A program made the position numbers and the translations under genes. Below, one piece after another: positions 1 through 9,286 of a stretch of DNA of 42,383 nt. Origin of the DNA: a virus. Under the pieces are notes generated by a model. It had not been told where the DNA came from. It worked only from the letters and a program-made list of their open reading frames with translations, and searched no databases. Every line of letters begins with the position of its first letter. Within the stretch, counting starts at the first letter, position 1. The stretch is from IMG/VR virus record IMGVR_UViG_3300034072_000964, positions 1 to 42,383 of that record. One strand, 5' to 3'.

Positions 1-127
1 AAAACGACTCTGACAGAACGGCGCAAGGCTTCAGTTTGACTTGCAGTAATGTTTAACTGATTAACCGTTATAGATCCGCCGCTTATATGAAGCGAATTAG
101 CGCCCGTAACAGATGGCGCAAAATCAG
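1..127. repeat. Direct terminal repeat, exact copy of 42257..42383 (circular-assembly overlap)
   Basis: Compared base by base: 1-127 is identical to 42257-42383. Confidence 0.97.
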
Positions 128-1442
128 CTGATGTTTGAAACGTACCGCCGACAAGGGCCGGATCTCTATCATCTGTTGCGGAAACAATAGATGTAATTCT
201 TGTTGAGCTTCCAGGGGATGAATAGCGAGTCCATACAGTAACTGTTGAAATCCTTACAGCATTTGCTGGAAGCGCTGGAGCTTTTGCATTCCCCGCGGTT
301 GATCCGATCTGAGCGCCTTTGACAACGTAAATTGATCCTGAATATATATCAACAACAACAAGATCTTTTCTATATCCCATTGCCGTTTGTAAATTAAACC
401 CAACAACAGTAGCTGGAGCAAAGGCCAGATCATTTGCTGGAAATGCTTTATAAGATGAAGCGCCTGGACTCCATAGCGGGGAATCTGCTGGCGTTCCAAA
501 TGGCGCATACTGTAATTCCAACTGGACATTGCCGGAAACGCGCTTTCCCTCTTTGTTGAAAAAAGCAAGCCCTTTTGGGAAAGTTACATCAACGCTGGCT
601 TCATCAATTCCGGACTCTGTTGAGCGGACTGTATAGCCATCAACCTGTTTAAGCAAAATATTATAATCAGTTTGCTTTACGTCATTTGGATATAAAAGAG
701 TCGTTGTGTTTAAATCGCCTTCCAGCTTATGTTCAATTTCAAAATCGCTGAATTGCTCAATTGGAGTTTCGCCAATTTTTAAATCAGTCAATACGCCTTT
801 AGGCCCATAGCCCCATGTAAAGAGCTGGCGGACATATTGATCATTGTCCTGGGTTTCAGTGTATGGCTGAGCGGCCTGAAGCGGGAACATCCTGTTACGG
901 CCAAGGCAAATTGGAACAACGCCATAAAGGTTTATATCGTTTCTAGCACCTTCAATAAATTGAGTCGGGCTTTCCGATGCGTTGGATGAATTGGCATTGC
1001 CAGCATTTGATGGTTTAGGCGGCGGGGCTAGAGCTGATACGGCCAGTTTACCCAGAACGCCAACAGCGCCTGTAACAAGAGATATACCGATTGTTGAAGT
1101 AATGCCCATAGCGCCAGCAAGCGCCGCGCCAGCATACGGGGCCGCGATCAAAACGGCGATTGAAAGAATGCTGGCAATCGGGTTTTTCTTTCCGCCGCCG
1201 CCCTGAGGAACAATATTTATATTTACGGTTGTTCCCAATTTTGGCCTTACAGATCGCCAAAATTCTTGCGGTACTATTTGCCCATTTATCATGGCAACCG
1301 CCCCAACAGCGCCAATTAAGCGCTCTGGGCATATATCATCAATGATCTGTTGGATTGTCGATCCTGGGGCCGCGGCGCGCTGGATACGCGCATTAGAAAA
1401 TGGCAAAGGGGACGCGAAAACAGGAATGGCGGCTTTATTCAT
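1..1442 (-). CDS. Host-specificity / central tail-tip protein (lambda gpJ-like with gpI-like N-terminus), 5' part; the same gene continues at 42256 down to 39571
   Basis: The minus frame with codon starts = 2 mod 3 is open from ATG 1442-1440 to base 1 (hand-checked over 1-240 and 960-1442). The start overlaps the upstream stop as tATGAATAA. The frame is in phase across the junction with ORF 39571..42282. N-terminus: MNKAAIPVFASPLPF...VPQGGGGKKNPIASILSIAVLIAAPYAGAALAGAMG. It is absent from the ORF track because it runs off the window. Confidence 0.75.
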   Translation of the reverse strand, partial: MNKAAIPVFASPLPFSNARIQRAAAPGSTIQQIIDDICPERLIGAVGAVAMINGQIVPQEFWRSVRPKLGTTVNINIVPQGGGGKKNPIASILSIAVLIAAPYAGAALAGAMGITSTIGISLVTGAVGVLGKLAVSALAPPPKPSNAGNANSSNASESPTQFIEGARNDINLYGVVPICLGRNRMFPLQAAQPYTETQDNDQYVRQLFTWGYGPKGVLTDLKIGETPIEQFSDFEIEHKLEGDLNTTTLLYPNDVKQTDYNILLKQVDGYTVRSTESGIDEASVDVTFPKGLAFFNKEGKRVSGNVQLELQYAPFGTPADSPLWSPGASSYKAFPANDLAFAPATVVGFNLQTAMGYRKDLVVVDIYSGSIYVVKGAQIGSTAGNAKAPALPANAVRISTVTVWTRYSSPGSSTRITSIVSATDDRDPALVGGTFQTSADFAPSVTGANSLHISGGSITVNQLNITASQTEALRRSVRVV

Positions 1443-1833
1443 ATCTTGCAAATCCAACAACTTTGTTTTTCCAGCGCAAAGAATCATAGCGCTCAATGAC
1501 AGTATTTATATCCTTGGCGCAATGTATCATAAGCCCTGGCTTAATGACAATTCCGCAATGCATGGGAACGCCGCGCATCTTCAAAATTATGATGTCAAAA
1601 GTAGCCGGAACCTCTGGGGCTTTCCATTTACTATTGCGCTCATTTTGTATCGTTTGCCCCAGAATATCCCTATCGTTGGTACTTTGATATACATCCAAAT
1701 AATCCGGCAATATGATGTTTCTTTCTTTAGGATATGCCAAAAAGGGCAATCCCCAGCAATCTACTCCATCCCAGCCGCGGCCTTTTTCCTTGAACGGGAT
1801 AGGCAAATATTTTTGATACCAATTTTCATTCAT
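1435..1833 (-). CDS. Tail-associated NlpC/P60 peptidase (lambda gpK / GTA g14 position)
   Basis: Track ORF 1435..1938 was trimmed to ATG 1833, just after the upstream TAG at 1835-1837. GRGWDGVDCWGL (Cys) and MHCGIV (His) fit the NlpC/P60 signature. The gene follows the L-like gene. Confidence 0.75.
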   Translation of the reverse strand: MNENWYQKYLPIPFKEKGRGWDGVDCWGLPFLAYPKERNIILPDYLDVYQSTNDRDILGQTIQNERNSKWKAPEVPATFDIIILKMRGVPMHCGIVIKPGLMIHCAKDINTVIERYDSLRWKNKVVGFARYE

Positions 1834-1834
1834 T

Positions 1835-2335
1835 CTAAAATAATCCTGGAAAATCTGAAGGGGTAAAGCGCCGCGCCGGAAATGGCTCCAGATCATAATA
1901 CTCAACAGAAAGATCCCCTGAAACCGTAAACGCATCATACGTTACTTTTTCAAGTTTGAAATCTTCAATCGTTATTTCCGGATTGTCCGGATCTGAAGCC
2001 AGAATAATTTCAATCTTTATTGATAAAGCTGAGTTTGCTTTTCTTACAGCATAAACAATTTGCCTATCAATATTATCAATCTGGATATTGGCTCTTGCGA
2101 CTCCAGAATCATCCTGATTGGGCAAATCAATTGCAAATGGAAGAAATATAAATTCCATGCCGCGGGAAAGAACGCCTTTAACGCCAGCATCCGGCAAATC
2201 ATCTGGAAGATCTGAAGCGACTCGAATATCTTCCAGAAAATCCGGATGCGATATTGTCAACAAAATAATAAAAACTTCAGATGTTGACTGAGCATAAACA
2301 GCTTGCTTTGCGGCTTTGGATAACTGGCGCGGCAT
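1835..2335 (-). CDS. Minor tail protein, DUF1833-like (lambda gpL position)
   Basis: 166 aa. The FIFLPFAIDLPNQDD...ANIQIDNIDRQI pattern is recalled from DUF1833 tail proteins. It lies between the M-like and K-like genes. Confidence 0.55.
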   Translation of the reverse strand: MPRQLSKAAKQAVYAQSTSEVFIILLTISHPDFLEDIRVASDLPDDLPDAGVKGVLSRGMEFIFLPFAIDLPNQDDSGVARANIQIDNIDRQIVYAVRKANSALSIKIEIILASDPDNPEITIEDFKLEKVTYDAFTVSGDLSVEYYDLEPFPARRFTPSDFPGLF

Positions 2336-2682
2336 TAGGGCAAGATCTCCAATGAAACTGATGCGAGATAAGCAACGCCGCCCCGCTCAGAATATGCTGG
2401 CGGCTCAACAAATCGCGCTGATACGGTTGCGAGAGTCCGCGGATGTTCAAAATCAAATTCAACCGATCCGGAAAATGTTGTTACAACATAAAAATCATCA
2501 AGCGTTTGCAATTCAGCTTTTGTAAGCATGAGCGAAAAAGCAACGGGCCTTACATCAGCTGTTGTACGGCGGCGGACTTTATCCGGCCCTTTATCCATAG
2601 ATGTTCTTAAAATATTATCAGGCGGCGACTCTGAAAAGGAATCCAGAAGAGGCGCTGGTAAAGTATTTGGCCATGCAACCAT
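2335..2682 (-). CDS. Distal/minor tail protein (lambda gpM position)
   Basis: 115 aa with ATG at 2682, immediately downstream of the tape measure stop. Called mainly from size and position. Confidence 0.45.
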   Translation of the reverse strand: MVAWPNTLPAPLLDSFSESPPDNILRTSMDKGPDKVRRRTTADVRPVAFSLMLTKAELQTLDDFYVVTTFSGSVEFDFEHPRTLATVSARFVEPPAYSERGGVAYLASVSLEILP

Positions 2683-2688
2683 TTTAAA

Positions 2689-4572
2689 TTATCTCCTTTT
2701 CAATCCTCTATTTTGCTGAGCGCGCAAAGATTGATTTGTTTTTGTTCCTGGCGTTGCTAATTTCTGGGCAACCAATTCATCAACCATGATTTCAAGATTC
2801 TTTCCGTCATTAGTTTTTCTGGCCGTAACTTGAGCATCAGATTTATTATTATTTATAATAACATCCCCATAGCCTGAATCTTTCCCCACCTGAGAAGCCG
2901 GAACAATCTCTTCCCCTTTATGAATTTTTGCAACCATATCCCGCGGAACATTTGGAGTCCCTGATGCGAAAGATGGAAGAGTCCACGCTCCATCCCAATT
3001 AGATGGAAGATCTGAAGCGCCAGAGCCGCCGCCAAAAATACCGCTGAATATGCCGCCCAGATCCAGGCTCCCCAACGCATCTTCAATAGGTTTATAAACC
3101 GTCATACGCAAAAGAATTTTTTCAATATCCTTGAATAATCCATCCAGAACATCAGAAAGATTTTTCCCCTCAATAACAGCATCTTCAAAAGCTGATTTAA
3201 CGGAGTCGCCAACGTCTTTAAGCGCCTCTTGAACAAGTTTTTGGCGCTCTAGTACATTTGTTGATTTTTCAATAGCATCCAGATAAGCATTAACTTGATT
3301 TTGTTGCTCGGCGCTTAGCGTGATTCCATCAGCCGCCAAACGATTCATTATCTCTTGCGCTTTGGTTGCTTTATTGATTGCGGACTCTTTTTGCCCCCAC
3401 ATGGAAACCTGAGTATTAAGAGTATCCGATTCCTGTTTTAATCCAGAGAGAACATCCTTTATTTTTTCAGCGGCTTTTTTCGCGGAATCCTCGGCGCTTT
3501 TATTTGCATCAGTTGAAACATATGTTGGAATATCTGGAAGCTGGGAATCGTCAAACAATTCTCTTGATGGGCCATAAGGAACCGCCCCTGTTTTTGTTCC
3601 AACAGGTTTTTGTTTCCGCGGCCTTCCCGTTAAACGAGTCATAAATGCATCAAACTTGCTTAAAGATTCATCACTTGGCAAAACGCTATTTATGCGCGCT
3701 TGATTCCGCTTAGACATTTCATCATAAGCGCCTATGAATTTTCCAAGGGCGTTTGCCGCGGCAACAATATTTGCGGCCATATCTCCAACAACTTCGCCAA
3801 CATTTCTGATGTTTTGAGCAAACTGAGGATCTGAATAAATATCTCTTACAGCTCCAGATGAATTTATAAATTCATCCAACAATCCGGCTGTAAAATTATT
3901 TTTGATTGTTGAGGCCAAGGCATCGAATTGATCGCCTAATTTATCAGCGGCCAATATTGTATCCGTATCAATTACATTGCCAGTTCTTTGAGCTTCAGCG
4001 GCAAATGCTTTTAGGCCATCAACTCCATCAGATAAAAGGGGCAAAAGTTTTGCGCCCATTTTGTTCCCAAAAGCATCATTTACGATTGCCAATTTTTCTG
4101 TTGCAGTTCTGGCATTTTTAACCGCATCAGCAATGCTATAAATCGCCTCATTGGTATTGGCGTATTTTAATTTTCCATCCGCAATCTGGGCATTCAATTT
4201 TATGAATGCCGTTTCCAATTCATCATTGGACATTCCAGAAAGTTTTGCGGCATATTGATATTCCTGCAATCTCTTAATTGATATTTGCAATCTATCAGAT
4301 GTATCTTTCAATGCCGCGGCATGATCAACAGCGCCTTTAGTTAAGGCATAAATTCCGGTTGCGGCCTTGATAGCCGTATCCAAGGCCAAATAACCCGCAA
4401 CCAATCCTGTAACTTTTTTCCCAACCGCATCAAAACTTGATGCGCTTTTGTCAAGAGCTTTACCCCAAACATTAGCGCTATTGTTAAGAGCTTTATCGGC
4501 TTTTTTTAATCCGGCCTCAAAACGGGAAGTATTGGCGGTTAAATCAGCTGTTAATTGTGCTACCTGAGTCAA
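2689..4572 (-). CDS. Tail tape measure protein
   Basis: 627 aa, Ala/Lys/Asp-rich and helical-looking, directly after the G/GT chaperone pair. TTG start at 4572 with GAGGA 9 nt upstream. About 94 nm of tail by the 0.15 nm per residue rule. Confidence 0.85.
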   Translation of the reverse strand: MTQVAQLTADLTANTSRFEAGLKKADKALNNSANVWGKALDKSASSFDAVGKKVTGLVAGYLALDTAIKAATGIYALTKGAVDHAAALKDTSDRLQISIKRLQEYQYAAKLSGMSNDELETAFIKLNAQIADGKLKYANTNEAIYSIADAVKNARTATEKLAIVNDAFGNKMGAKLLPLLSDGVDGLKAFAAEAQRTGNVIDTDTILAADKLGDQFDALASTIKNNFTAGLLDEFINSSGAVRDIYSDPQFAQNIRNVGEVVGDMAANIVAAANALGKFIGAYDEMSKRNQARINSVLPSDESLSKFDAFMTRLTGRPRKQKPVGTKTGAVPYGPSRELFDDSQLPDIPTYVSTDANKSAEDSAKKAAEKIKDVLSGLKQESDTLNTQVSMWGQKESAINKATKAQEIMNRLAADGITLSAEQQNQVNAYLDAIEKSTNVLERQKLVQEALKDVGDSVKSAFEDAVIEGKNLSDVLDGLFKDIEKILLRMTVYKPIEDALGSLDLGGIFSGIFGGGSGASDLPSNWDGAWTLPSFASGTPNVPRDMVAKIHKGEEIVPASQVGKDSGYGDVIINNNKSDAQVTARKTNDGKNLEIMVDELVAQKLATPGTKTNQSLRAQQNRGLKRR

Positions 4573-4882
4573 GGCCCGTTTCCTCTTTTAATTTATCGTT
4601 ATAAATAAACAGCCTTCTCTTTATATCATCTTCATCAATGGCTTTCACGGCCTTTTTAAAGCCCGTATAAAACTCTTTGAGAGGCGGGGGTTTAACTCCA
4701 TCCTTGGACAAAACAGCGCCATGCCACATCATCCAGGCTTGCCGATCATGCTCTTGCTCAAGGGCAAGGCCATATGCAATTTGGGCCTGTTGCGTTTGCC
4801 ACGGAGTCAAATGCCAAAATTCAGATACTGTTATTCCGGCAATGAATGATTTTTTAAGAGCTTCTGTTATGAAGTCTTTTTT
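4544..4882 (-). CDS. Tail assembly chaperone, -1 frame extension (gpT-like part of a G-T fusion)
   Basis: The -1 frame, translated by hand from the slippery site, is open to 4544 (..KKDFITEALKKSFIAGITVSEFWHLTPWQTQQ..). The M of track ORF 4544..4810 is an internal TTG. The predicted fusion is about 227 aa. Confidence 0.7.
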   Translation of the reverse strand, partial: KKDFITEALKKSFIAGITVSEFWHLTPWQTQQAQIAYGLALEQEHDRQAWMMWHGAVLSKDGVKPPPLKEFYTGFKKAVKAIDEDDIKRRLFIYNDKLKEETGLDSGSTINS

Positions 4883-5226
4883 TTGGACTCATCATCAGGC
4901 TTTGGATCTTCATCAATATCAGGCGCGCCATCAGGCCCCCAATAAGAAAATTCCAAAGCCTGATTAATTGCGGTTGTAATAGGAACAATGGGCGGGGAGA
5001 TCTTCATAATATCTTCAGGGGTATATTCATCCGGCTGATGTTTCTGAAGCCCCGCCGCAATGACAATGGATAAATCACTTGGACTCTTAGCAATTAAATT
5101 GGCAAGACCCTTTTCACCCAACTCGGATTTAATTCCGGCTATTGCCGCCCAATCGTAAAAAAGTTTTACCTTTTTTCCGCCAAGGGTAATTTCTTTTGAG
5201 CCAAGATATTTGTTATCCATTATCAA
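4867..5226 (-). CDS. Tail assembly chaperone (gpG-like / GTA g10-like)
   Basis: 119 aa between the major tail protein and the tape measure. It ends ..DESKKKTS over the slippery A run. Confidence 0.75.
   Translation of the reverse strand: MIMDNKYLGSKEITLGGKKVKLFYDWAAIAGIKSELGEKGLANLIAKSPSDLSIVIAAGLQKHQPDEYTPEDIMKISPPIVPITTAINQALEFSYWGPDGAPDIDEDPKPDDESKKKTS
4876..4884 (-). promoter_or_regulatory. -1 programmed ribosomal frameshift slippery site A_AAA_AAG inside an A8 run
   Basis: The minus strand reads TCC AAA AAA AAG ACT TCA TAA. The heptamer lies 2 codons before the chaperone stop, and the -1 frame is open downstream. Confidence 0.7.
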
Positions 5227-5236
5227 TCATTCCCGA

Positions 5237-5662
5237 TTAAGCAAAAGTTACATCCCCAGAGATTCTGAGCGTAAAGCTAGAATCAACTTTGGAGTCAACA
5301 GATCCGGAAACTGGAGCATTCATAACGTATGCTTTGAATGTTGCAGTTGAGGCATCCGAAAAAGTTACTTTGAAAGTTTTCAAAGCGCGGGATGCTTTAG
5401 CGGCGCGCAACGCGGCTTGGCCTGGGGCCGATGCATCTTTGACATAGGAAACATCAATGTTGAAGTTGCCGAAATCCTGCAAACCCATCAGCCATTCTTT
5501 AGCTGTTGATTTAAGATTGGTTTTATCAATCTCAGCGGCTTGGCCATCAAAGCCGTTAAACGCTGTTACCTCTTCGATTGACTGATAAACAGCTGGGGGG
5601 CCAACAGCCGTTTGAATGGCAATATCAAAGCCCTGGGCGGCTATAGCAACGGAATCTGGCAT
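5237..5662 (-). CDS. Major tail protein (TP901-1 / GTA g9-like)
   Basis: 141 aa. Canonical position between the tail terminator and the chaperones. The ..FNGFDGQAAEIDKTNLKS.. region is typical of this family as I recall it. Confidence 0.7.
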   Translation of the reverse strand: MPDSVAIAAQGFDIAIQTAVGPPAVYQSIEEVTAFNGFDGQAAEIDKTNLKSTAKEWLMGLQDFGNFNIDVSYVKDASAPGQAALRAAKASRALKTFKVTFSDASTATFKAYVMNAPVSGSVDSKVDSSFTLRISGDVTFA

Positions 5663-5674
5663 TGGAGTTTTCCT

Positions 5675-6067
5675 CTATGTTTCAAAGGTTACGGAATAAA
5701 CAGCAGAATTTCTAAACAAATACGGTTGATCCGTATCATCAAATATATCTACATCATTTTGAACCCTGACTCCAGCGATTTTATAAACTATGGAATCATG
5801 GGTTACAGAACCGCTGTATTTATTAAGAATCCCTTCAATTTGGGCCGAAATCGTCTTTGCCTCATAATAGCCTTTGGCATAAGCATCTATCTGAATTTGG
5901 GCCTGAATCATACCCCCCGTTCCATTGATAGAATCCCAACGGGTTGAATCAATACGCTGGAAAATAATAAAAGGCCCTTCAGCCTTATCAGGGGCGCGCA
6001 TGGCAAAGACATTGCCGCCAGCAAGAGTTTTGATTAATTCATAAATGGCTTTTTCAATTAATTTCAT
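5675..6067 (-). CDS. Tail terminator / tail completion protein (DUF3168-like)
   Basis: 130 aa, directly upstream of the major tail gene. General resemblance to DUF3168/GTA g8 proteins. Confidence 0.55.
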   Translation of the reverse strand: MKLIEKAIYELIKTLAGGNVFAMRAPDKAEGPFIIFQRIDSTRWDSINGTGGMIQAQIQIDAYAKGYYEAKTISAQIEGILNKYSGSVTHDSIVYKIAGVRVQNDVDIFDDTDQPYLFRNSAVYSVTFET

Positions 6068-6513
6068 TTTTTATTGCCGCCTGAATTTCTCAGTTTCTCA
6101 ACTTCTTTAGTTATGCCTTCGCGCATTTTATCAGCAAACCTTTTTAATACCAAATCTTTTACCGTTTCAAATGCTGGCAGAAACCAAGGGCGCGCTGGCT
6201 GATGCCGCGTTCCCTTCTCATAAAAGAAACCCCAGAAAGCGCGGCCAGTTGTAATGTATGCCCCGCGCTGGCCCTTTTTTCTATCGCGCTTCGATGCTTT
6301 GGCTTTTACGTTTTGACTCAAACGGCCATATTTCTTTGAAGCTGGGGATCTTTCATCAATATCTTTTGGAGCGCGGCCCCGCATATATTTTACAATGGAA
6401 CGCATTGTATCCAGCGTTGCTTTTTGCAAAACTTTATTTTCAACGCGCTGGGGCAATTGCTTTAAGAGCGCATCCATTTCTTTAAAGCCGCCAACCTTGC
6501 CTTCAAATTTCAT
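6064..6513 (-). CDS. HK97 gp10-family head-tail joining protein
   Basis: 149 aa. The C-terminal ..EKGTRHQPARPWFLPAFE is characteristic of the HK97 gp10 family. ATGA-type coupling with its neighbours. Confidence 0.7.
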   Translation of the reverse strand: MKFEGKVGGFKEMDALLKQLPQRVENKVLQKATLDTMRSIVKYMRGRAPKDIDERSPASKKYGRLSQNVKAKASKRDRKKGQRGAYITTGRAFWGFFYEKGTRHQPARPWFLPAFETVKDLVLKRFADKMREGITKEVEKLRNSGGNKK

Positions 6514-6515
6514 TG

Positions 6516-6839
6516 TTATCTGGCCTCTTTAGTTTGCGCGGTAAACCATAAAAATCCTTTGCGCTTTTCTGAATCATCAACAGCGCTGATATAATAAAAT
6601 CTATCGTTCCGTTTAACACGCCATTCAGAATCTATATCTGATCTGTAACGGATGCGGACTCTGATAATTTCATTGGCGTTTGTTCTGGCGGCTTCAAAAG
6701 ATTCAGATCCACGCTGAGTTAAAATCTCGGCCCATGTAAATGGTTTTGTTTCATCCCATGATTGCTGAAGTTCCCCGCTCTGATTTGTTTCAATCAGCGG
6801 TTGCAAATAAATTTTTTTATCTAAATTACCAGATTGCAT
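6516..6839 (-). CDS. Head-tail adaptor / head closure protein (SPP1 gp16-like)
   Basis: 107 aa. The ..EIIRVRIRYRSDIDSEWRV..FYYI.. pattern and the position upstream of the gp10-like gene support the call. Confidence 0.65.
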   Translation of the reverse strand: MQSGNLDKKIYLQPLIETNQSGELQQSWDETKPFTWAEILTQRGSESFEAARTNANEIIRVRIRYRSDIDSEWRVKRNDRFYYISAVDDSEKRKGFLWFTAQTKEAR

Positions 6840-7033
6840 TTTTCCGCCTTGCGCTCTTGAATTTTTGGAAGCGCTCTATTTGAAGTTGTCGCCCAGATGA
6901 AAGCCCAAAACCATCCTATCAGAGTCCAGCCAAAAAATAAATTGACAAAGAAAATTGATAAAGCGTTGTTATGCTTTCTAGCCAATGACAAGAAAAACGG
7001 GGCAAAATACCAAACTAAAAAAATAAATTCCAT
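6821..7033 (-). CDS. Superinfection-immunity (Imm) family small membrane protein
   Basis: 70 aa from ATG 7033, 1 nt after the upstream TAG at 7035-7037. PFFLSLARKHNNALSIFFVNLFFGWTLIGWFWAFIWA matches the A.R.H.N..aIf.Nl..GWT.iGW..A.iWA signature. Two predicted TM helices. Confidence 0.75.
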   Translation of the reverse strand: MEFIFLVWYFAPFFLSLARKHNNALSIFFVNLFFGWTLIGWFWAFIWATTSNRALPKIQERKAEKCNLVI

Positions 7034-7034
7034 T

Positions 7035-9284
7035 CTAAGCGCTCCATAAAAGCTGATTGCCAAGATAGACTTTAGAAACGGCCTGACTTCCAACATAAAT
7101 TGATGATGGCGAAACATTGCCAATCTTTAGCTGGGCCGGATCTGAAAAGATCCATCCATTGTTATTTCCATTATCATTTGCATGGCTCCCCGCGTACCAT
7201 TGCGCGCCGCCTGAAGCGTTTGAATATGAAATGTTGAAGTAATCCCCAACAATCATTCCTGATGCGCTGGAAAGCGTATGTTGAGCCGCCGTTATACTGC
7301 CAATAGTTATTGGGTTGCCAGCCGTTCCTTTTGTTGGAAACGGTATAACCATTGATGTTGTTGATCCGGCTGTAAATTTTACAGATGCATTTGGCTTTGG
7401 ATCAAATTTATTAAAAGAGTTACTTCCAACAAAATTTACATCCGCATTTCCGGCGGCTCCAGATATTTCAATATCATTGAACGCCATGCCACCGCCTGAA
7501 AATGTTTTTGCAACAGCGCTTGTATCTGTAATATTTATTTTTGATGTTGATTTTGTAAGAGTCAAATTAACAGCCGTTGCTGTATTCCAGATTGTCCCCG
7601 TTCCGGTTAGATTCAAATCTCCAGTTGGCATTGTAAAGGATCTGGAATTTGTAACTGAGCTTGTAAAATTCAAAACGCTCATATTCCCGCCAGCAATCAG
7701 ATTGCCGCCAGTTTGAACAAACCCAGCGGCGGATAAAGTATAATCAAAACCATTATGATCAAATGTACCGGATGCTATTGAGCTTCCAGCCGCCCTGTTA
7801 CTTGTAAAGTTATCCAGTAATTTTACCGTTCCCGAAAATGAATCAATATTCAGTTGCGGTTGGAAATTTTTCCCAGCGGTTGTAATAGTTTGAATCCCGC
7901 GCTTTCTCATTGTAAACAAACCGCCGCTTATCCCAACAATTGATGGCGCTGTATATGTTATATCTCCATAAACCTCAGTTGTATTTCCGCTTACAGATCC
8001 TTGATTTGTTGCATTATCAAAAAATATTGATCCGACTCTTGGAACATCCATTACCAATGTTTTATTAGCCGCGGGGAAAGACCCAGCCGCAACGCGCGCT
8101 GTATCCTGAGGCAAAGGAACGCGGCTTAAAGGTTGCCACATACTCGCATTGCTCCAGTTACCATTACCAAAATTCCATGTAAGAGTCGCTGGAGCTGTAA
8201 ATATTATTCCTGAATTTCCGCCACAATCCCCAGACTCGTAACCTGACAAATCCCAATTTGCGGAACCAACTCCGCTAATATCTCTGAAATCAGCGCGAGT
8301 AAATCCGGAAATATTTGATACGTTTATTGATCTTTGCGCGCCAATAGTGCTGGAAGCTATAAGCCCCCTTGCTGTTGAGCTAACATTTAGCGTTCCAATA
8401 GTTTGATTCTGAGTCAATATTGTTGAAGCGCCAAGAGTCGTTGTATTCAAATTATAAGTTCCAAATACGCAAGATAGGCCAATATTAACAACAGTACTGC
8501 CATTTTGATTCATTGTCGTCACATTCAATGTTCCGCCAATCGTCATTGTACCGCTGGAAAAATTAATTGTTCCAATCGTATTGTTTCCGTTAATCGCCAG
8601 CGTTCCGCCGCCTGTTGTTTTTTCTATAGTGCCAAATGTTAATCCGGCTCCGTTCAATGTTCCTGTTGTTGTTGTTCCAAAAAGGATCGTACTGGATGCG
8701 GCTGATAACGTAAAATTTGTTGTCGTTGTAACTGTCCAGGATCTTGATGTTCCGCCAAGGCTCCATATTGTTGAGCCTAAAGTTAAAGACCTTACAAGCG
8801 TTCCGCTTGTCGCAAATTGCCCAGAAACATTTTGGCCATTAGTATCAAGAGCGCCAGCCAATAAAGTAACCGTTGAATCAGTTGTTACAACAGAAAAAGA
8901 ATCCTGAAGAGTCCAGCCGCCGCCAACGCCATTAAAGGTTGTCGGCGGCGGTTGCTTTCCGGCCATAGTTATTGTTTTGCCGGATGATGTTGATGTAAAG
9001 GAAAGCCGCGCTGAATTGTTTGTTGAATAAGTCATTGCCGCTGAAAAAACCAAACTGCCAGCAATTTCAAGATAAGTATTTGTTGGATGGGAAAGCGTTC
9101 CAGTATATCCGGTGCAAGTTAAATCCCTGCAACGGTTGGGCGCTCCGGATGTTCCATTTATCGTTACATTTCCTGAGCTTGAATTTAAAACAACATCATC
9201 CGCGGCTGTTGGAACAACGCCGCCAATCCAAGTTGCGCCGCTTGTCCAAGATCCCCCAGCGGCTGATGCTGTAATGGTTGCCAT
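7035..9284 (-). CDS. Large Thr/Ser/Gly/Asn-rich structural protein, probable parallel beta-helix fibre or spike
   Basis: 749 aa. The N-terminus GGSWTSGATWIGGVVPTAADDVVLNSSSGNVTINGT resembles the start of G8/beta-helix domains. Degenerate short repeats run throughout. It lies inside the virion structural operon. Confidence 0.5.
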   Translation of the reverse strand: MATITASAAGGSWTSGATWIGGVVPTAADDVVLNSSSGNVTINGTSGAPNRCRDLTCTGYTGTLSHPTNTYLEIAGSLVFSAAMTYSTNNSARLSFTSTSSGKTITMAGKQPPPTTFNGVGGGWTLQDSFSVVTTDSTVTLLAGALDTNGQNVSGQFATSGTLVRSLTLGSTIWSLGGTSRSWTVTTTTNFTLSAASSTILFGTTTTGTLNGAGLTFGTIEKTTGGGTLAINGNNTIGTINFSSGTMTIGGTLNVTTMNQNGSTVVNIGLSCVFGTYNLNTTTLGASTILTQNQTIGTLNVSSTARGLIASSTIGAQRSINVSNISGFTRADFRDISGVGSANWDLSGYESGDCGGNSGIIFTAPATLTWNFGNGNWSNASMWQPLSRVPLPQDTARVAAGSFPAANKTLVMDVPRVGSIFFDNATNQGSVSGNTTEVYGDITYTAPSIVGISGGLFTMRKRGIQTITTAGKNFQPQLNIDSFSGTVKLLDNFTSNRAAGSSIASGTFDHNGFDYTLSAAGFVQTGGNLIAGGNMSVLNFTSSVTNSRSFTMPTGDLNLTGTGTIWNTATAVNLTLTKSTSKINITDTSAVAKTFSGGGMAFNDIEISGAAGNADVNFVGSNSFNKFDPKPNASVKFTAGSTTSMVIPFPTKGTAGNPITIGSITAAQHTLSSASGMIVGDYFNISYSNASGGAQWYAGSHANDNGNNNGWIFSDPAQLKIGNVSPSSIYVGSQAVSKVYLGNQLLWSA

Positions 9285-9286
9285 CT

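Noticed and set aside
254-568. 104-aa minus-strand ORF in the region the track leaves otherwise empty
   Set aside because: It is out of frame inside the real open frame (codon starts = 2 mod 3), which runs off the window edge and continues the J-like gene.
1291-1866. 191-aa plus-strand ORF
   Set aside because: Antisense to the NlpC/P60 gene and to the start of the J-like gene, both of which have family motifs. No coupling or RBS.
6821-7123. 100-aa version of the Imm-like ORF
   Set aside because: The first 30 codons overlap the end of the 749-aa gene and begin with TTG. ATG 7033, just after the upstream stop, gives the full conserved two-TM protein.
7315-8907. Plus-strand ORFs 7315..7716 and 8581..8907
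   Set aside because: Both are antisense to the 749-aa repeat protein. Their Val/Pro/Phe-rich products reflect the complement of Thr/Gly/Asn codons.
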